Shown here: in pieces, positions 27,184-39,585 of the stretch | Layout of the letters: the number at the start of each line of letters is the position of its first letter | Position numbering within the stretch: the first letter of the stretch is position 1 | From: Octopus bimaculoides | Lineage: Eukaryota | Assembly (NCBI RefSeq): GCF_001194135.2 | Contig: NC_068990.1 | Span: forward strand, 3,682,509 to 3,746,508 | Direction of reading: 5' to 3' | DNA length: 64,000 nucleotides | Made by a program: the position numbers and the translations under genes | The notes under the pieces: model-generated | What the model saw: only the letters and a program-made list of their open reading frames with translations | Told to the model about the DNA's origin: nothing | Databases searched by the model: none

Positions 27184-28043
27184 TTGAGTAGGAATAACAC
27201 TTGACAAAATACCTCTCTATTTCTATCTATCAGTTCTTTTTCCATTATTATGTCTAGTGACCATCAACTGCATGACGTTTATCCTTACTGTCTTATCTCC
27301 CACGATCACCTTCCACACACTTTACTCGCCTCTATAAACAGCATTCCAATACATTTAATTCCAGTGTAGGCTTCGATAAATATGTTGGTATCCATAATTC
27401 ATTTTACGGTACATCAGCATACGAAGAACACTTCTATTTTCAAATGTTGATGAGACATTACTAACGGAGATAAGAAAAATAGTGATAGCTATTTTATCTG
27501 TTCCACTGACAAAAAGAGTGAACAAGATCATGAAAAATCTTTCATTTCTTCATAGGACATTATTGCATTTAGGACTGACACTAAATTTCCTTAGAGATCT
27601 CAAGACTTCAAAGACAAATTACATACTTTATCAGGAAAGAAATACGAAATTTCATGCATCAAGGAGTACTTTTTATTTATTTATATATTTTCGCAAAGTC
27701 CCTGTAGGACGGTTATCTATTCCAAATATCTTCAAAACTATGCATTTTCTATTTCTCTCTCACATCCGTATTTCTTCGGCAGATTTATTGACCAACAGAC
27801 TACCATTAACGTAATATATATACATACATATNNNNNNNNNNNNNNNNNNNNNNNNNNNNNNNNNNNNNNNNNNNNNNNNNNNNNNNNNNNNNNNNNNNNN
27901 NNNNNNNNNNNNNNNNNNNNNNNNNNNNNNNNNNNNNNNNNNNNNNNNNNNNNNNNNNNNNNNNNNNNNNNNNNNNNNNNNNNNATATATATATATATAT
28001 ATATATACATGTGTGTATAAATCGATAGATAGATATGCATTTA

Positions 28044-28083
<40 letters not shown>

Positions 28084-28086
<3 letters not shown>

Positions 28087-28144
28087 GCGTTAACAAAGGG
28101 ATGTGGGTTCGAGACCCACGCGGATAGGAAAGCCTACTTTTTTT
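28084..28144 (+). pseudogene. 3' half of a tRNA-like sequence (Asn/GTT-like) followed by a hairpin and a T7 run
   Basis: Perfect T-arm GTGGG-TTCGAGA-CCCAC (28103-28119), upstream GTTAAC..AAAGG as in tRNA-Asn, TAGG-AAAG-CCTA hairpin, then 7 T. The 5' half is absent. Confidence 0.4.
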
Positions 28145-28296
28145 CTGTCTAGGGCTTATATGCCCCATTATTAGATTATTTTTTTCTTATTCACTGCACG
28201 GTGGTTGCTAATAGCTTCAGGCTTACATAAATACCATTATTATTTACAGGATTGTAAAACCCGGCGCCGTATAACAAAAACATTCGTACCGAAAGC

Positions 28297-28322
<26 letters not shown>

Positions 28323-28327
<5 letters not shown>

Positions 28328-29766
28328 TCAAAGAAGTCAACTTCCTAGGCATTAATATGAATCTTAACGGAAGAAAATTCTACCCCAAAAAAAACAGGAG
28401 GCCTCGTACATTGACATAGGTTTCAACCACCCACCAGTAGAAATTAAACAAACAGTTAACGACATTAGCATACGGGTGTCCAGTTAATATGTTGACAAGG
28501 ACACTATTAGTAAAGCTGCCCCATATCATAATGCTGCATTAGAAAGGTCCAACTATAAGAATAGCAAACACTACATTTAACCAAAGAAGACGTAGCCAGA
28601 GGAAAATCGTACGGTTCAATCCACATTATAGCATAAATGTAGCTAGTAACATAGCTAGAAAGTTCTTAAAGCTAATAGACAACCAATTCCCGCATTCACA
28701 CAAATGTCACAAAATCTTCAACAGAAACACTGTTGAGTTAACTATTGTTGCCTCCCTAGTATAGGGTCAATAATGCTTAATCACAATAAACATAAGCATA
28801 CCAGAAATACCCCAGAAAGGCTGGGAAATTTCAGATCCCCAAACCGCTGCCTTCTAAACAACTGTCTCGAGAAAGAACTCGTATAAAAGGCCAAGATCAC
28901 GGACCCCAACGGAATACCAAAGACGTGTCTCGGAATGATGGGTAACACGTTCAAGATAAGTTGTATGCAACACCTTGCATTTATTCAGAGACAAAAACAA
29001 TAAACATGCGACATCCCTATCAAATAAAATACGGTCATTGAAAGAAGGTGGAATCAGCAACCCCCAGATAGAATGGAAAATTATTGCTAAAGCCGAAAAA
29101 TACAGAGGACGAGCCAAATGTGAAGTTTGTATTACTGAAAAATTAAATATTATACAATCAACAGACAACATCTTAAACATTAGGGATGAAACCTTCTCTT
29201 CCTGCATACATAAGCAATATTTTGCTCTCAAATGCTTTAAAAAAAACCTATAAACGAGGCTAAACTTACAAGGATAGCACTTTCAGTAACGTGAACACCC
29301 ATAGCACACACACTTCATACCAGAAGAATAGGTCACAAACCTCACACAAAGAAAAAACAAGTCCCAATGACGTACAATCTCAACATACATGTACAAAGAC
29401 ACCATGCCCGAACAAAAACAAATAAATAATGCAAAAAAAAAATTAAGAAATTTAACAAAAAGGCAAATCCAAGGGGGACAACCTCCCAAAACGTCCGTCT
29501 AGAGTTTCCTTGATTCCTTGATTCATTCATTGTTTCATTTAGGCGAATTTACGAGAAATCACGTGAACGAAATGAGACTGTTCTCAAAAATGGAGACGAA
29601 CACCTTTTCCCATGTGACCGGCTTGGAAAATTGTTAAGACACTAGGATATTTTCCTTCCCTTCTTAACATGAAACGAATGGTAACCTTAAATCACAAATA
29701 AAGAAATTTTTTTATCGACCAATGCGGTATTGAACGCGCATTTCATCATTCTACATTTACGTAAAC
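28323..29766 (+). mobile_element. 5'-truncated Penelope-like element (RT thumb, Cys linker, C-terminal GIY-YIG endonuclease), probably Naiad-type; degenerate
   Basis: VNFLGINMNL, FNHPP, RKIVRFNPHYS..KFLKLIDNQFP..CHKIFNRNTV, YCCLPSI..HNK, RCLLNNCLEKELV, TCLGMMGNTFK (YIG equivalent). ORF 28975-29253 gives ATSLS..IEWKII..KCEVCITEKLNI..LNIRDE..SSCIH. (TA)n flanks both ends. Confidence 0.88.
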
Positions 29767-30494
29767 ATATATATATATATCTATATATATATATCTATAT
29801 ATATATATACTGCTTTTGTCGCTAATAGTACCTTCCTTCCCCCACAGACTAATAACAGGTTAATTATATATTTTTTCAACTAATTTTATTGTATTTTATA
29901 GTAGGTTATTTTAATTGCTTATATTATTTTATTGGATGTAACTTTCCATGCGTATTCCATACAATAAGGTTATCCTGAAATAGGAGTTACGGTGCTATTG
30001 GTACAATCCCAATAAACAACGTAATGCATGTTCTCGTCGATATAGCTATTGTGCCAATCTGCTTCTCTCTCTAAAAAAGGCTTATAAAAACATGAATGTA
30101 AGACAAAACACATCGACTTCTTACATACGCAGAAGGCCAGAAAATTTCTCTAGGTGTAGACGTTGGTTATGTAAACGCCGGTAGTTTGCTGATATTTTAT
30201 TTTATCAAGTCAGAAAGAATTAACGCAAATTGGCTTCTAATTGAGTTTGAAGTTAAAGCATAAAACGTTGAAATATATTCCAAAGTATTTTGTCAAAAGC
30301 CCCAAGGATCCTGTCTAACCAAAGTTTTTTTTGACTATCCGAAAGAAAATACAACAATAACATCAAATAAAGTACATATAATATTCTTACATTATTTTAT
30401 TAATGCAAGCCCTGACTGTGGTTTCCTTTTGCCTATTTCATGCAACAGAGCAACTTTGATATCATTCCTCATATTTCCAAGCTAATATTTAATC

Positions 30495-30690
30495 TAAAGC
30501 TGCGAGTTGACAGAATTGTTACTGAACTGGGTAAAATACTTTATGTAATGGGTTCAAGTCCCACCGAGGTTGGCTTGGGCTTTCCTTCTTTGGGGGGTCG
30601 ATAAGATAAGTACCAGTTGATCACTGGGATCGATGTAATTCATTTAATCCCTACCCCAAAATTGCTGGCCCTGTATCAAAATTTGAAACC
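30495..30690 (+). mobile_element. SINE-A (tail type 2) with an 11-bp TSD
   Basis: Head GCGAGTTGACAGAATTGTT, B-box GGGTTCAAGTCCC; TSD AATATTTAATC at 30484-30494 and 30691-30701. Confidence 0.85.
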
Positions 30691-31412
30691 AATATTTAAT
30701 CGTATATTCGTACAACTTAACAAATACCCCCTGGTGGATTGCACTATAGGGGATTGTCAGAGGTTTGGGTAGGGATATAGTAGGGTGTTATACCGGGTGA
30801 TTAAGTGTCAGTCTCTTTAGCTGTTAAACCAACACATTGTCAATTCAGTTGTAGAATACTCTGGAAGTAAAGCACCAGAAGATAAAACTAATTCTGTTCT
30901 AAAAATCAGACCGAACAACCTGAAATCCTGGTTTCTAAAGACAATTTATTTTCTACTTCCTTTCAGTTTAACATCATTTGCTCGTGCGTGCACTTATTTA
31001 TTTATGTATTTATCCAAAATTTAATGGGATTTCTTTTCTTTCGTCATTTTTTGCCATTAGTTTTTCAGAATATTCTTGACGAGTGCTAACATGTCAAACT
31101 CCTAAAGAAGGAATGTCTATGAGTTATAACGTTTTATCGTCTTTCTGTTTTTTTAATTTTGAAAGGCATTATTAGCTTAGGTTCTACTACTACTACTACT
31201 ACTACTACTACCATTATACAGATCTACAGTAATATGTTCCTTTACGTGTCTGTAATTTCATTACTTATACTCGCAAGCAATTTTCTAAAGTATATTCGAG
31301 GCAAATATTTTAAAATGTATTTAAGATAACTGTCAGCAAAATGTTGTGCTATGATTGGTTAGAAATAGATCAACAAAAATAAGTACCTTGTGTTGGTTAC
31401 TTTATATAGTAA

Positions 31413-31501
<89 letters not shown>

Positions 31502-31580
31502 CATACAGGCGGACGGACAGACGGATAGACAGACAGACAATAGATAGATAGATAGATAGATAGATAGACAGATAGATAGA
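31413..31580. repeat. (GATA)n compound microsatellite
   Basis: Direct reading. Confidence 0.95.
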
Positions 31581-32195
31581 GAGGCGGCATGGCTGTCCAA
31601 GATATGTATGCAAAATATAATATAGTTCTACTTTTATAATTTGAAATATTTGCCATACAATTTTAAAATATTTTCATCTATATTCTAGGTGAATAGCTGA
31701 AAAGCTGTTTTATTTGTTTAGCAAAGATATAGATGCAAGGAATGTTGTATTTAAAATATTGAACAAATATATTATCTATTGTAATGGTTATAGATTTAAT
31801 ATGTTTGTTGTCTGGCATTGTTAAAATCATGTTTGTAGTATTTGATACAATTATATAACTGTATATGTTGAAACCAATAATATCGAAATGTAGACATAAC
31901 TAATACAAGAACTACTAAATAGAATAGTACGTAAAACTTTAGAAAGTCAATGAAAGATGGTTGCTGCTGTTCTTCATGTTTCTCTTGTTACTTTTTAAAC
32001 CACGTTCATCATTGATTAAAGTCGTTCTATCCATAATCATCCCGTCTTCTTTCAAATGTCTAGACTTATATTATATAATATATATATATATATANNNNNN
32101 NNNNNNNNNNNNNNNNNNNNNNNNNNNNNNNNNNNNNNNNNNNNNNNNNNNNNNNNNNNNNNNNNNNTATATATTAATATATAATTTCTTTCAAT

Positions 32196-32410
32196 AAGGG
32201 TTTCAAATGTTGCCACAAGGGCAACAACTAGGGAGAGGGTATGAGTCGATGACATCGACCCCAGTGTTCAACTGGTGCGTATTTTATCGATCCTGAAAGG
32301 ATGAAAGGTAAAGTCCACCTCAGCAGAATTTGAACTCAGAACATAGCGATGGGCGAAATACTTCTAAGCATTCTATTCAGCGCGCTAACGATTCTGCCAG
32401 CTCACCACCT
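32196..32410 (-). mobile_element. SINE-A (tail type 2)
   Basis: Full head, core and tail in reverse orientation. Confidence 0.9.
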
Positions 32411-32420
32411 TAATTCCTTT

Positions 32421-32644
32421 TAATAATAATCCTTTCCACTCTAGGTAAAAGGCCCGAAATTTTAGGCTAAAGGGCCAGTCGATTAGATCGACCCCAGTAC
32501 GCAACTGGTACTTAATTTATCGGCCCGAAAAGGATGAAAGATAAAGTCAACCTCGGTGGAAGTTGAACTCAGAACGTAAAGACAGACGAAATACCACTAA
32601 GCATTCTGTCCAGCGCGCTAACGATTCCGCCAGCTGGCCACCTT
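32421..32644 (-). mobile_element. SINE-A (tail type 1)
   Basis: Full head, core and tail in reverse orientation. Confidence 0.9.
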
Positions 32645-32672
32645 GTTTTCTTTTAATAATAATACGGCATGA

Positions 32673-32888
32673 AAGACGGTCAGCTGACAGAATCGTTGGC
32701 ACACTGGGCAAAATTCTGAGCGGCATTTCGTCCGTCTTTCCGTTCTGAGTTCAAATTCCGCCGAGGTCAACTTTACCTTTCATCCTCTCAGGATCGATAA
32801 AGTAAGTACCAGTTGGTCGCTGTGGTCGATATATCTACTTACTCCTTCCCTCGGACTTACTGACATTTTGCCAAAACTTGAAACCAAT
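32673..32888 (+). mobile_element. SINE-A (tail type 2), head-to-head with the previous copy
   Basis: CAGCTGACAGAATCGTTGGC, GTTCTGAGTTCAAATTCCGCCGAGG, and AACTTGAAACC end. Confidence 0.9.
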
Positions 32889-33877
32889 GTAGTATGGCAT
32901 GATTAATTAATCAAATTTTACTGCGGTTTTTAAACAGACCTGTCGACCATATTGATGTTCCCTCGTTTCGCCCGAAAAATGGATATTCAGAGCGCATTTA
33001 TTCACATCTCATGGGACCGGGAAGTGATAATTTGGAGAGCAGGTTTAGATATGAGAAAGTATTGTATCTTTCTATTGTCAGTTCAACGAACGAAGCATAA
33101 GTTTCTAAAATTACAAGTAATTTTATACGTAAATTATTCGCCATGTAATAAAAGCTTCTAAGCTTCTTATAAGTACTCTTCTGCCCTTCCTAAAATATGT
33201 TGTCTAATGAGCCAACAAGAATCATTTACTCAGTTGCTACTAAAAGTAGCTGCCTAACCTCTCTTAAACCAAACAATCGCCTTAATTAAAAGACATGCCA
33301 CACTGGATAGTACACCTCAGTGGATACACACACAATCACACCACGCGCGTAAACGCTAATGACATCAGCAACAATGTCAATAATAAAATGATTCTTTTAA
33401 GGCATTCTTAAAATTTTTATTCTTTTAGTCATTTTTCAAAACCGATAGACACAATATCTCGGAAGTTTTTGATTATTCATTATCGAGACTCTGACATTTC
33501 TCGTCTTCATCTTATTCGATTCCACCCCAGATTTAATGTACTCGGTGATTTGAAAAATTTAATAAAAGGATTTATTTCTGTTTTAGCTGCAAACGACAAA
33601 CAAATCTTGATGCTACTGCCAATCACTAAGCAAGCAAATTTTAGAGCAAAGTGTCAGTTTTTGCTTTTGTGTATTCTATTTAAGGGCGGAACCTTCACCT
33701 TGCATAAGGCAGCCATGAAGAGTTGCCTTTTAACTACTGATATACTTCGTTTATGTATTTGTTTTGCAAGATTCTTGATGTGAAATCGTATCTTCAAACA
33801 AATATTATTACGCTTTGGGATAGTCATCTTTTGCCAATTAAACACACGCACTATATATTTTATCTTCACTTTAGATT

Positions 33878-34010
33878 TATTGTTATTATTATAGTTCAGT
33901 AGTTTTATTTTTATAACGTGCTTTCACTTCACTACCGAACGCAGCTCTGTGTACCTTGGGTATGTACTGTGGTTTGCTGCGATGCTCTTATGGTTACTGT
34001 ATTGAAAGTG

Positions 34011-34012
<2 letters not shown>
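33878..34012 (-). mobile_element. Very short 3' end of an R4-like LINE (last codons, 3' UTR and (AAT)n tail)
   Basis: The minus strand begins TLSIQ* (compare the FISI* end of the 2300-3976 element) and ends AAAAATAAAACTACTGAACTATAATAATAAC. The family assignment is from recall. Confidence 0.45.

Positions 34013-34013
<1 letters not shown>

Positions 34014-34066
<53 letters not shown>
34014..34066. repeat. (TTA)n microsatellite
   Basis: Direct reading. Confidence 0.95.
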
Positions 34067-34152
34067 GAGTGAGAGAGCAGTGCATGCCATCAAAGTGACA
34101 CTGGGGTAAAATATACGAACCCCAATTTACCCATTAGCTACTCGTCTGATAA
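34067..34152 (-). mobile_element. Probable 3' terminus of another retroelement ending in the (AAT)n tract
   Basis: GC-richer 86-bp block directly fused to the trinucleotide tract; recalled as a frequent octopus repeat end; unclassified. Confidence 0.35.
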
Positions 34153-34159
34153 TTGCCTT

Positions 34160-34280
34160 TCGACTTTGCCTTTCATCCTTTCGAGATCGATAAAATAAGT
34201 ACCAGCTGTGTACTAGGGTCGATATCATCGATTATCCCCGTCCCTAAATAGTGTCTATAGTAGAAAGGATTATTATTGTT
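34160..34280 (+). mobile_element. 5'-truncated SINE-A
   Basis: CGACTTTGCCTTTCATCCTTTCG..AAGTACCAG..GGGTCGAT core and TAGTAGAAAGGATTATT tail. Confidence 0.75.
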
Positions 34281-35666
34281 ATTAGTTTCAAATAAACTAA
34301 TAATAATGATAATGAAGCTGAAGTGAAACTCAAATATATAGAGTGTGTTTTTAATTGGCCAAAAACGATTATCCCTAAATATAACAATATAAATTCTCTT
34401 ATACTGAGATGTCAATTTTTCTTAACCAATACTTTTACAATTTATCTATATCAGAAGATTTCCATGAGGATTGTCATTAGGTGTTCAATAACAGCCATTT
34501 AGGCTGAGTTAATTTGTCTTTCATTGTCCTGAGATCGATAAACTAAATATCGATATAACAAAGTGTATATCAATGACCTACATTTGAGTTATAATTTGGC
34601 AGCTATGTATGTACGAGAACGAATGAGTAACTCCCGCTTATATTATTCAGTCGGATGTGGGGGAAATAGTTGATATTTTGGTGAAGAGCACAAATATGTT
34701 GAAATTATATGGATAATTTAGAAAACAGTCCAAAACAGTGAATTAATATACTTGTGAAATGTTTGATGATAGAGAGCATAACTAATTGTGGTCGATTTAA
34801 TGGATTGTTTTCTCCTGAATAACTGTTATTATGGTAATGTTGAAAATTACTATTATGGATATCGGTATTGTTGGTTTTGTTATAGTTGTTGTTATATCTA
34901 TATATCTTTATTTTTTATTATCTAACAGAATATCGTTAGCCTATGACTGTTATGACAGAACTTTACTTTTTTTAATTATGCCATGCTATATTTAGTGACT
35001 GGTTTCCTCGCTCCTCATTTTTGAAAGACATTGCAATGAGAGTATATAGTGATCTGTCGTCAGGCTTTCTGTTCTAGAGTACCACAATCTCTTCAGCATT
35101 ACGGTTTTCATTGATGTTTTCGAAGTTATTTTTGCTACATTTAGGTACGATCGAGCTGAGCCTTCTCCCTCTTGCTTTTTCCATCTTCTTCTCTCATTCG
35201 CCTTCTCATGCTAACACTGCGTTCCACCAGCACACCCCTCCTACTTCTGTCCCATCCACACCTTCTCCACTTCAGTCTGTTGTTACCATTTCATCCCCCT
35301 CGTAAGAGGATGAAATGTTAACATTTAATCTAAAGTATATATATATATACCCAGAACTTCGATTTCTATACACACACATATAAATCAATGTATGTGTGCG
35401 TGTACATATCTATGTACGTAAGTATATATATACATACATATGTATATATATATATATATATATATATNNNNNNNNNNNNNNNNNNNNNNNNNNNNNNNNN
35501 NNNNNNNNNNNNNNNNNNNNNNNNNNNNNNNNNNNNNNNNNNNNNNNNNNNNNNNNNNNNNNNNNNNNNNNNNNNNNNNNNNNNNNNNNNNNNNNNNNNN
35601 NNNNNNNNNNNNNNNNNNNNNNNNNNNNNNNNNNNNNNNNNNNNNNNNNNNNNNNNNNNNNNNNNN

Positions 35667-35697
<31 letters not shown>

Positions 35698-36217
35698 TGT
35701 GTATATGTATATACATATGTATGTAAATTCTCAATCACAGGATAATGCCTCTCTCCCCCTCTCTCTATCTATCTAAATCTATCTCAATCTAACTTTCTCT
35801 ATACATCTAACTCTTCTCTCCCGAGTAAATTGGATGTAGACATTCCTGGAGAAGAAATGTCCTCCACCAGATTTGAAGCACCCGAGCCATATCGTTCAGG
35901 ATGGCGTCCCCATCCCGCTAAACGTGTTCAAGGTACAAGGGAAGGATAACTACCCAGAAGTATATTATGTTCTTTGCTTAAGATGCAGTTTGAAGGAAAT
36001 CCAGTGGCTGTCACCTGTCGTTAGCGAGACGATTGAGGGAACACCCATATATAATATCCTGTAGAGCATAAAGAAAATATGACAATATTAAAGTTGGGTG
36101 TTTAAATGCGCTGAAGATCTATGAATGTTTAAAAATGTAATGAATTAAAATATGACAAGTATGAAGTTTTAACATAAAGGACATAACAACCTCTTTAAAG
36201 AATACATTCCAAAGAAG

Positions 36218-36254
<37 letters not shown>

Positions 36255-37029
36255 TGTGTTTGTTTGTGCGTGATTATGAATGTGTGTGTGTGTTTGTTTG
36301 TGTGTATGTATGTGCGTGTATGTGTGTAAATATATTCTAAAAGAATCATCAAGAATAGCTGCAATATAGACTAAGCATACGGGTAGATGTGAGATAAGAT
36401 AATTTTCAACGTATTTATATTTAATGAATCTACAGTAATTTATTGAAAGCTCTCTGAATGAAAGTAAACAGATTTAACAATACACTTAATATAAACAGAA
36501 GGTATAGTCGAATAATTTGTTAAAATTCTGAAAGGAAGAAAAAATAACCATTCGATTAAATTGGCCCAGAGTTAATATCGATACAATAGTTTCTATAGAA
36601 TAATACATGCAAATTTATCAGTTAGCTGAGAAAGACCCTCAACAGGGAAACGTAGTATTCAGTAAATACAGGCAATAGCATTAGATACAGTTCGTACAGT
36701 ACGAAGCATGTACTTTGCAATTCATGTATAGATTACCGAGTTTTATTGACGCTGCAGGTAATCTGTAAAGTTAGAATATGAATAGTCTCCCTAAACGCTG
36801 TCGTATAAATACATATCAGAACAGCCACGTATGCGTGTGTGGGTTTCTACATGTAGTGTATTCGTGTCTGTCTCTATGTATACACATACACACACATATG
36901 TATCTTGTGTGCGTGTGTGTGCGTGTGTGTGTATGTGTGTGCTTGTGCGTGAGTGCTCATACGCCTACATGTATGGTAGCCTCTCGCGTCCAAGGGAGAC
37001 ACTTTCTCAACAACCAGCACATATTCGTT

Positions 37030-37255
37030 TATAGTAATCCAATATTGATACTACATATTAGCGCTCTGTCTCCATCAGATCGATATTACCTGTACAGGTG
37101 CACGGTTTTCCACACGTCATGTGTCGAAGTGGTCGCAGAGCAGCGTAAAATGAAGTGTTTTACTCAAGAGCACAAAGCACCGTCCAACATGAGAATCGAA
37201 CTCGCGATCTCGCGGCCGTATGTGCAACACTCTAGCATCTAGACAGTGCACTCTC
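37030..37255 (-). mobile_element. SINE family C variant
   Basis: AAATGAAGTGTTTTACTCAAGAGCACAA and GAATCGAACTC (B-box reverse complement). Confidence 0.55.
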
Positions 37256-37264
37256 GTATTCATA

Positions 37265-37297
<33 letters not shown>

Positions 37298-37364
37298 ATG
37301 TGTGTGTGTGTGTGTGCGTGTGCGCGTGTGTGTGTGTATGTGTGTGTGTGTGTGAATGTTTTGC

Positions 37365-37580
37365 GAGGGTGAGGAGACTTACAATCACTAGATCATAGTT
37401 TCAATTCCTGGACCGGTGGTGCCTTGTGTTTTTGAGCAAAATACTTCATCTCACGTTGCTCTGCTATCATTTTGATACCTAACGTGTGGTACACTGTGCA
37501 CTTCTATAAACAATTTCGATTTGATGGAAAGAGTAACCTAATATACAGCACAAATATTTGATCGCTTTAAACAAATAATG
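37365..37580 (+). mobile_element. SINE family C
   Basis: Colinear with 25310-25500 (GTTTCAATTCC, TTGTG.T.TTGAGC, CGTGTGGTACA, CGATTTGATGGA). Confidence 0.7.
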
Positions 37581-38306
37581 AACAAACACTTATATAAAGA
37601 AATATAGCATTTATATCATCTACAAAAGATGATGTATAAACATAACCTTCATATAACTATAGAAGCAAAAATATGTTCCACTATATTTCGTTACACCTGT
37701 TTCAAAAGTCCAGTTACTTGTTGATGCAACGTTGTGTATTGTTAACAGATGTGCAATAATACACACACAAGCAAATAGAAATCATTATGAAAACGTAAAT
37801 TTAAAACATGGTGTAGAAGCGCCAAATCTTTTTTTTGGAAAGAGCGATAAGGCGGTGATTCATCTAGTAGTACACCAGTATTTAAGAACATCGAGACATC
37901 AATAATAACGATGAGGTTAATGGTGACAGAGAAAAGCTGGTAGAAATGAAAGCTGTGAGATGTAGAACGTTAAGATGTAAAAAAATATCAGGAATACAAT
38001 AGAATACCGAATCTTTGTAAAAATAGAAGATATAATAGAAAAAAGATAAAGGGGGCATATTTAGGAGAGGTGAGACTAGTCATGACATGTCATAAATAAA
38101 ATTTTGGGCAGGAACTGCGCGTACTAGACGATACTCGTCTGCCAATATTATAAATATGTGAGTTTTTATGCAGCATGCGTCAATATGATAGGTGTTCACA
38201 AAGTAAATAATGCAAAATTCGGCATTCTGAAAGAAAAAAAAGGTTGTCCTTTGGTATTAATAGTGTCTCTGTCGCTAATAATTATACATGTAAGCGTGTG
38301 TATGTA

Positions 38307-38340
<34 letters not shown>

Positions 38341-39552
38341 NNNNNNNNNNTACACACACATACATATATATACACCTCTTTCCCAAGCTATTAATTCATT
38401 ATTCTAACGAATATATTCTTGTCACGCTACGGTGGTCAGATCCACTGAACTGTAAATGCGTAACAGAGTGAAATGTAAAGTCATGTTAGTATTGCAAAAG
38501 AATATATTGAAATAGCGATTTTCTCACTTCAATTCATCATCGAACATTGTTAAGTAATGGTAAGCTAACTTTCCCTAGATACAATGCAAAAAAGACAAAA
38601 TCTATCATGAATACTTTCATCACATCGACGTATGACACTAGGATAGTTGTATATACGTCAATTGGTGACAAGACTGATGGAAAACGTGTTTGCTTAATAC
38701 TGATGTCACAAATTCGAACGAATATCGTAGCGTGATGATGAATGGGGAAGCTCGAAATTAATCAAAAATATATGAGAGCTTTGGTACATTCCGAAACATG
38801 AAATATATATTAACATATACAAATTACAAAATCCATTATCATTTCACGAAACTGAACTATCTATGCAAAATCTATATGAAACTCTTAAGAATTATGCTCT
38901 GGAATTTATCAAGAAGCATGCAATCATATGGGAGAACTCAATATGTCCGTAAAGGAAATATATATCAGTACAATCAAAAATTTGAAACACTTTCGAAACA
39001 GCCAGTTTCAACAACCAATAGTATAATAAATGGAAGTACATTCATGTTTTCGACGGAAGTCACATCAAACTGACGCTGCTTGAATATCGGTGATATGTTT
39101 TTGCTCACACAGTATATGTTTGACGTGCCTTCAATTTCAAAATATTGAAAATATTAACGTTTAGTATGCAGTTGTTGACAAATCTGACAGTTACGTATAT
39201 CTAATACTTCAGTAAACTGAAATACACAGAACATATGTATGTACGTGCTCTTTTTGGGTGTGTTTGTGCCTCTGTTTGAGTTTATATGCATTTGAATCTG
39301 TGTTTGTGTTTGTGTACATGTATAGATGGACTGAAGAATACACAATCGATTATCTTCAAGTAATTAGTTGAATGAAACAGCACTTTGATGAATTATAAAT
39401 GAATTGTGACACGTAACCACTGTACATCTGTGTAAAGTGTAATTGCATCCGAATACATTATGCCATGTCCTGTAATATTACCTACGTGAAGAGGAATTGA
39501 AATTCTAACTGACATATACGCAGGTGTACGTATAAACATGCACATACATATT

Positions 39553-39585
<33 letters not shown>

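Noticed and set aside
28790-29253. Selenocysteine-encoding Penelope (in-frame TGA at Cys positions)
   Set aside because: The identifiable Cys codons in this copy are TGT/TGC and no in-frame TGA sits at a Cys column; only a consensus could revive the idea.
30767-30797. Four G3 runs (G-quadruplex or telomere-like)
   Set aside because: Loops of 8-9 nt and no tandem TTAGGG units; weak and isolated.
32952-33161. KMDIQSAFIHI resembling an LTR/DIRS RT motif
   Set aside because: A single short motif with no neighbouring RT motifs in any frame.
35825-36065. GC-rich patch with a branch-point-like CTAAC and short ORFs
   Set aside because: The acceptor would be GAG, all frames close within 40-65 codons, and there is no recognisable homology.
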